DNA from: the human T2T-CHM13v2.0 reference genome, Homo sapiens
NCBI RefSeq assembly: GCF_009914755.1
Contig: NC_060940.1
Strand: one strand, 5' to 3'
Length of the DNA stretch: 64,000 nt
Shown here: positions 59,901-64,000 of the stretch, in pieces
How the letters are laid out: each line of letters begins with the position of its first letter
How positions within the stretch are numbered: the stretch's first letter is position 1
The notes under the pieces: model-generated
Seen by the model: only the letters and a program-made list of their open reading frames with translations
Databases searched by the model: none
Told to the model about the DNA's origin: nothing
Translations under genes and position numbers: made by a program

Positions 59901-61319
59901 AACAGCAGCGCAGGGGAGCTGTGACAGCAGAGAGCAGCACCAGGTCACACAAGCAGCCGCCCCGGAAGGACACGGCCCATGGTGACAGAGGACAAGCAGC
60001 ATGCGTGTGTCAGACACTGGCCTGGCCTGTGGACACGCCCGCGTCCCACAGCCATGACCCTGCGAGGCCAGGAGAGACTGCTCCAGGGCACATGACCTGT
60101 GGTAGCTGGAAGTGGGGCAGGGAGGCGCAGCCACACTCCTGCTCTGGTCCGAGGGAGATCTCAGGAAACCGACTGGGAAATCACCCCCCACAGGGACCCC
60201 CACCCCTCCCAGCCTCACTGCGCCCCGTCAGGCCAGGCAGCTGCCCTCAGGGTCTGCCAAGGTGGGGGTCAAGGGCCATGGGGGCAGGTAGCTCTGCCTG
60301 CAAAGCCCACAAGCATGTCAGATCACCTGGGCTGCAGACAGACAAACACCTGAGCTGTTCTGAATACCTTCAGGTTCCTGGCCTCCCTGAGCAAGTGCAG
60401 AAATTTTTACCTTCAAGGATCAGGGTTTTTCTGTTTGTTTGTTTTTTAACACACACATATGTGAACAAAGAGTATGCGTTTGTACTGGCAGAAGAAGCGT
60501 CTGGTAAGACAACCAGCAAGTTAACAATGGTCACCTCCAGAAATGGGCTGGGTAAACCAAAGAATTTTTTTGTTTTTGTTTTTTTTGAGTCAGGGTCTAG
60601 CTCTGTCACCCAGGCTGGAACGCACTGGTGTGATCACGGCTCACTGCAGCCTTGACCTCCCTGGCTCAAGCAATCCTCCCAGCTCAGCCTCCTGAGTCGT
60701 TGGGACTACAGGCACGTGCCACCACGCCTGACACATTTTTTAAATTTTTGTAGAGACAGTGTTTCACCATGTTGCCCAGGCAGGTCTCAAACTCCTGGGC
60801 TCAAGTGGTCCTCCAGCTTCAGCCTCCCAAAGTGCTAGGATTATAGGTGTGAGCCACAGTGCCCAGCCCCGTAGTGGAGAATTTCTGTTGAATGAACCAA
60901 AAGCAACTGCCAACCTCTCCATGCACCATGTGTTTCAGAGGAGAAAGCACAGTGAAGAATGCAGTGTGTTCTGAGGTCCTGTCACCCCTGAGGCTGTGTG
61001 TGTCCTTTGCCAAATTAAAGAGTCTTACTGAATGCGGTGCATCCAGGAGACAGGCCCAGGTTTGGACTGGTCCTCTAGCCTCAGAAGCATCTTTTTCTCC
61101 GACTGATTCCGTGTTCAGGTAATGTCTGCCTGCCTGCCTAGGGCATCTCCACACCTTAGGCCAGCCACGTCCGCCTCGCCCGCTGGAACCTACCTGCCCA
61201 TCAGAGTCGTAGCCCCAGTTAGTGGAGCCTGCTAGAGCCACGGCCCGGGCATCTGCGTCTCGGCGGGCTGCACTCAGGACGAAGTGCCAGGCCCTGCTGT
61301 TCCGGGGGCGTCTGGCCAT
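56932..61319 (-). CDS. SPSB3: SPSB3, SPRY domain and SOCS box containing 3 (355 aa)
   Basis: join(61194-61319,58270-58447,57969-58156,57781-57883,57582-57707,56932-57278) = 1068 nt. SPRY ([26 protein letters not shown]) and SOCS box (SLQYLC...LPLPPGLK). Confidence 0.96.
60564..60868 (-). mobile_element. AluJ-like element in SPSB3 intron 2
   Basis: Alu consensus match. Confidence 0.88.
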
Positions 61320-61506
61320 GGTGGAAAGAATCTAGAAGAAAACACAGGCTCTGGGCAAAGGAAGACTCACAGCACTCCCAGCCCTGAGCTTCCAGGCTGG
61401 GCCACGGACCCACTCAAAGTGGGGACTGCAGGGGCCGCACCGGTGCCCAGCCAGGGCTCCAGAACGCTTCAGGAGCCCGTACCTCACCCCAGGATCTGAG
61501 CAGCTC

Positions 61507-61512
61507 AATAAA
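61507..61512 (+). terminator. EME2: Candidate distal EME2 polyadenylation signal
   Basis: First + strand AATAAA I could find after the EME2 stop (an ATTAAA also occurs at 61014). Confidence 0.5.
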
Positions 61513-62337
61513 ACCCAGGTAGATCCTGTGAAACGCCACCCAGACACCCATGACTCCGGAATGCGAATCCCAGCCCCTCTCTCCGGTTCCACCTCACGAA
61601 CCTGGCTGCCCCGCCCGCCTGTCCCGCAGGCATCTAAAACCTCCACTCGCTCCTCCTCTGTCGTCCGGTTTGACAAATGGCATCTCCGGCCTCCCAGTTC
61701 CTCATGCCAGAAGCACCGTGACCGCTCCCCGACACCTTCCCCTCACGCCCGGCCCGACCGCCGCACCCGCCTGCATCCTCCTCCCGCCACCGTCTCCTGG
61801 GCCGCGCAGCTCGCCTTCCCCTCCGCTCGCTACCGCCAGGGCTCCTCGTGAAACACAAATCTTAAAACCTGCTCAGCGCTGGCCGCTGTTATGGTATAAA
61901 ATGCAAAAGGCTGCGAGGGCCAGGTCTGCGCTTCCCAGGCCACCTGCCTGGCACCTCCCTCGCCAGCTCCGGGGTTCCCGCCTAGCCTTCCAGGGCCGAC
62001 CCCTGCGCCGGGCTCGCGGCTGGCAACGCCCGCTGGGCCCCGGGTGGGGTTCCAGGGAGGCCGGGGCGGATCGCGGCGCCCGGACCGCCGAACCCTGCCC
62101 AGCCCCAGGCGAGCGCGTGTGCAGCGGGAGCCGCCCTCCCCGGCGGCAGCCCGGCCTGGCTGTTCCCTCCCGCGGGCGCGCGGGTTCCGGAGTCGGCAGC
62201 ACCGGGGAAGCCTCTCTCGGGCGCGGCCCTCCGGAGAGGAACAAAGGCGGCGCCCTGGCCGCGCTGCTACCGCCGCGCCCGCAAGGTCAGCGCGCCCGCC
62301 CAGAGCCCGAGACGTCGGCCCGTGCCCCGCCACTCAC

Positions 62338-62410
62338 CTGCAGCCCCCGCTGCGCGCTCCGCCGGCCCGGCCCTGACCCACTTTCCGCCCCGGAGCGAGA
62401 CGTAAACAAT
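62338..62410 (-). other. SPSB3: SPSB3 non-coding exon 1 (TSS approximate)
   Basis: CAG|GTGAGT donor on - strand at 62337 inside the CpG island; exon 2 acceptor TAG at 61332-61334 lies 12 nt before the ATG. Confidence 0.7.
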
Positions 62411-62800
62411 CCCCGCCCCCTGCGCCCATTGGCTCCGGCGGCGAGGGGCGGGCACACCTGTCTCGGAGCTTCGGGAGAGGGGGCGGGAGTCGGGTGACAA
62501 AGCTATTGCCGAGAGGTTTCAGGAACTGTCAGTCCTAATCCAACGTTCCTATTGGTCAGTTCCCAAGCGGTTGGAGACAAAGCTCGCGCGCACATTGGAC
62601 CCGGGTGGGAGGTGGTACCGCAGGCCGCGTTGACCGGAAAGTAGGTCCGTGTCATCGTCTGCGCCGGAACCTGCGGGACCGGATCGAGAGCTCCTCCGGC
62701 AAGCTGATTGGCTGGGACAGCAGGATTAGGCCTGTCAAGAAGAGCCACGGGCGGGCACGCACTGCCCATTGGTTGGAAGGCCCTTCGCTCTAGCTGGGAG
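62410..62800. promoter_or_regulatory. SPSB3/NUBP2 bidirectional CpG-island promoter with CCAAT boxes and GC boxes
   Basis: ATTGG at 62428, 62551, 62594, 62707 and 62768; GGGGCGG boxes; CCGGAA. Confidence 0.75.
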
Positions 62801-62856
62801 GCTGACGGCCCGCGGGCGTAAGCGGACTGCAGCCGCGAGCTCCTGGAGGCGGCGGG

Positions 62857-62872
62857 ATGGAGGCGGCGGCCG
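62857..62872 (+). CDS. NUBP2: NUBP2 first coding exon (MEAAA-E...), cytosolic Fe-S assembly factor; remainder beyond window
   Basis: ATGGAGGCGGCGGCCG|gtgagt; matches the NUBP2 N-terminus and known gene order. Confidence 0.85.
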
Positions 62873-63443
62873 GTGAGTGGCGGGCCAGGGTGCGGAGCCG
62901 CTCCAGGGCCTCGCTTGGGGCCCCGCCGCGTCCCTTCCCGGGGCGGCCTCGCTGCGTCGCGCGCCTCCGGTGCGACCATCACCGGCCGGCGTGGCTGGGC
63001 CGGGCCAGAGGCCGCGGCGCGGGCATTTTCTAAACAGGGTCGTTTCCCGCGTGCTCCTGCTTCGATGTGGAAGCTCCGTGATCTCGGAGGGCCTGAGTCG
63101 TGGAGTTGGGGGAGCTTTTAAAGTTAACTTTGTTGAGCACCGCGTTGTAGGCGGGCGCGGTGGCGCCTGTGGGCCCCGCTATCCTGGAGGTCGCGGTTGC
63201 AACTGCACCGCAGCCCGGGCAAGAGCGAGACCCTGTCTCTAAATAAATCACACGCGCGCAGTCATGAAAGTAAGACGGACGCCAGAATCTCACATGCTTT
63301 TAAGTTCTTTGTGGAAGTGGCGCTCTCAGTGTTCAGAAAAGTGTAAGTTGCGCGGGACAGAATTCACACCAGTGGGGACGATCCGTTCGCCAGATCAGCG
63401 CCGTGGGCCCTCCTGAGTAGTGGGAGCCGCATTTATCTTCTAA

Positions 63444-63828
<385 letters not shown>

Positions 63829-63931
63829 CAGTGCTGGAGTCTTATTCCAGAGGAGAAGCCTGGAAAAGCCTGTCCTTATTATCAGGACGGATTTACTACA
63901 AAGTAAGGATATTACTGAGATTGATAGAAGC

Positions 63932-64000
63932 TTTTTTTTTTTTTTGAGACAGGGTCTTAACTGTCGCCAAGGCTGAAGTGCAGTGGCACGATCATAACTC
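63932..64000 (-). mobile_element. Alu 3' end (truncated by window)
   Basis: Poly-T followed by GAGACAGGGTCT. Confidence 0.8.

Overview
Human (primate) genomic DNA that I recognise as the 16p13.3 cluster MAPK8IP3(JIP3/JSAP1)-NME3-MRPS34-EME2-SPSB3-NUBP2. I reconstructed splice-phase-consistent CDSs by hand. MAPK8IP3 (+) exons 2-32 run 4407-48654; exon 1 lies upstream of the window, and the total is consistent with the 1337-aa protein. NME3 (-) is 169 aa, MRPS34 (-) 218 aa, EME2 (+) 379 aa and SPSB3 (-) 355 aa; only the first coding exon of NUBP2 (+) is present. Intron 4 of MAPK8IP3 contains the MIR3177 hairpin and a ~5.2-kb TG/CpG-rich minisatellite. The introns hold many Alus plus MER44, MER2, MLT1 and L1 fragments. 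Almost all ORFs in the supplied track are spurious (Alu, VNTR or GC-rich antisense). The most interesting pattern is that the MAPK8IP3 minisatellites sit next to splice signals or alternative splice events, and each amplifies a different splicing element: a triplicated 5' splice site at exon 4, a UG/YCAY VNTR plus triplicated branch points before a 24-nt microexon, five tandem QKI-type elements in intron 6, and a dense YCAY (NOVA-type) array after an alternative donor of exon 13. This suggests repeat-length-tunable splicing of JIP3, which is a hypothesis and untested here. Also notable are an AT-rich island of unexplained splice signals in intron 5, a GC-AG intron, a mirror-symmetric MRPS34/EME2 promoter, and an EME2 3' end that apparently runs antisense across SPSB3. 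Repeat boundaries are approximate.
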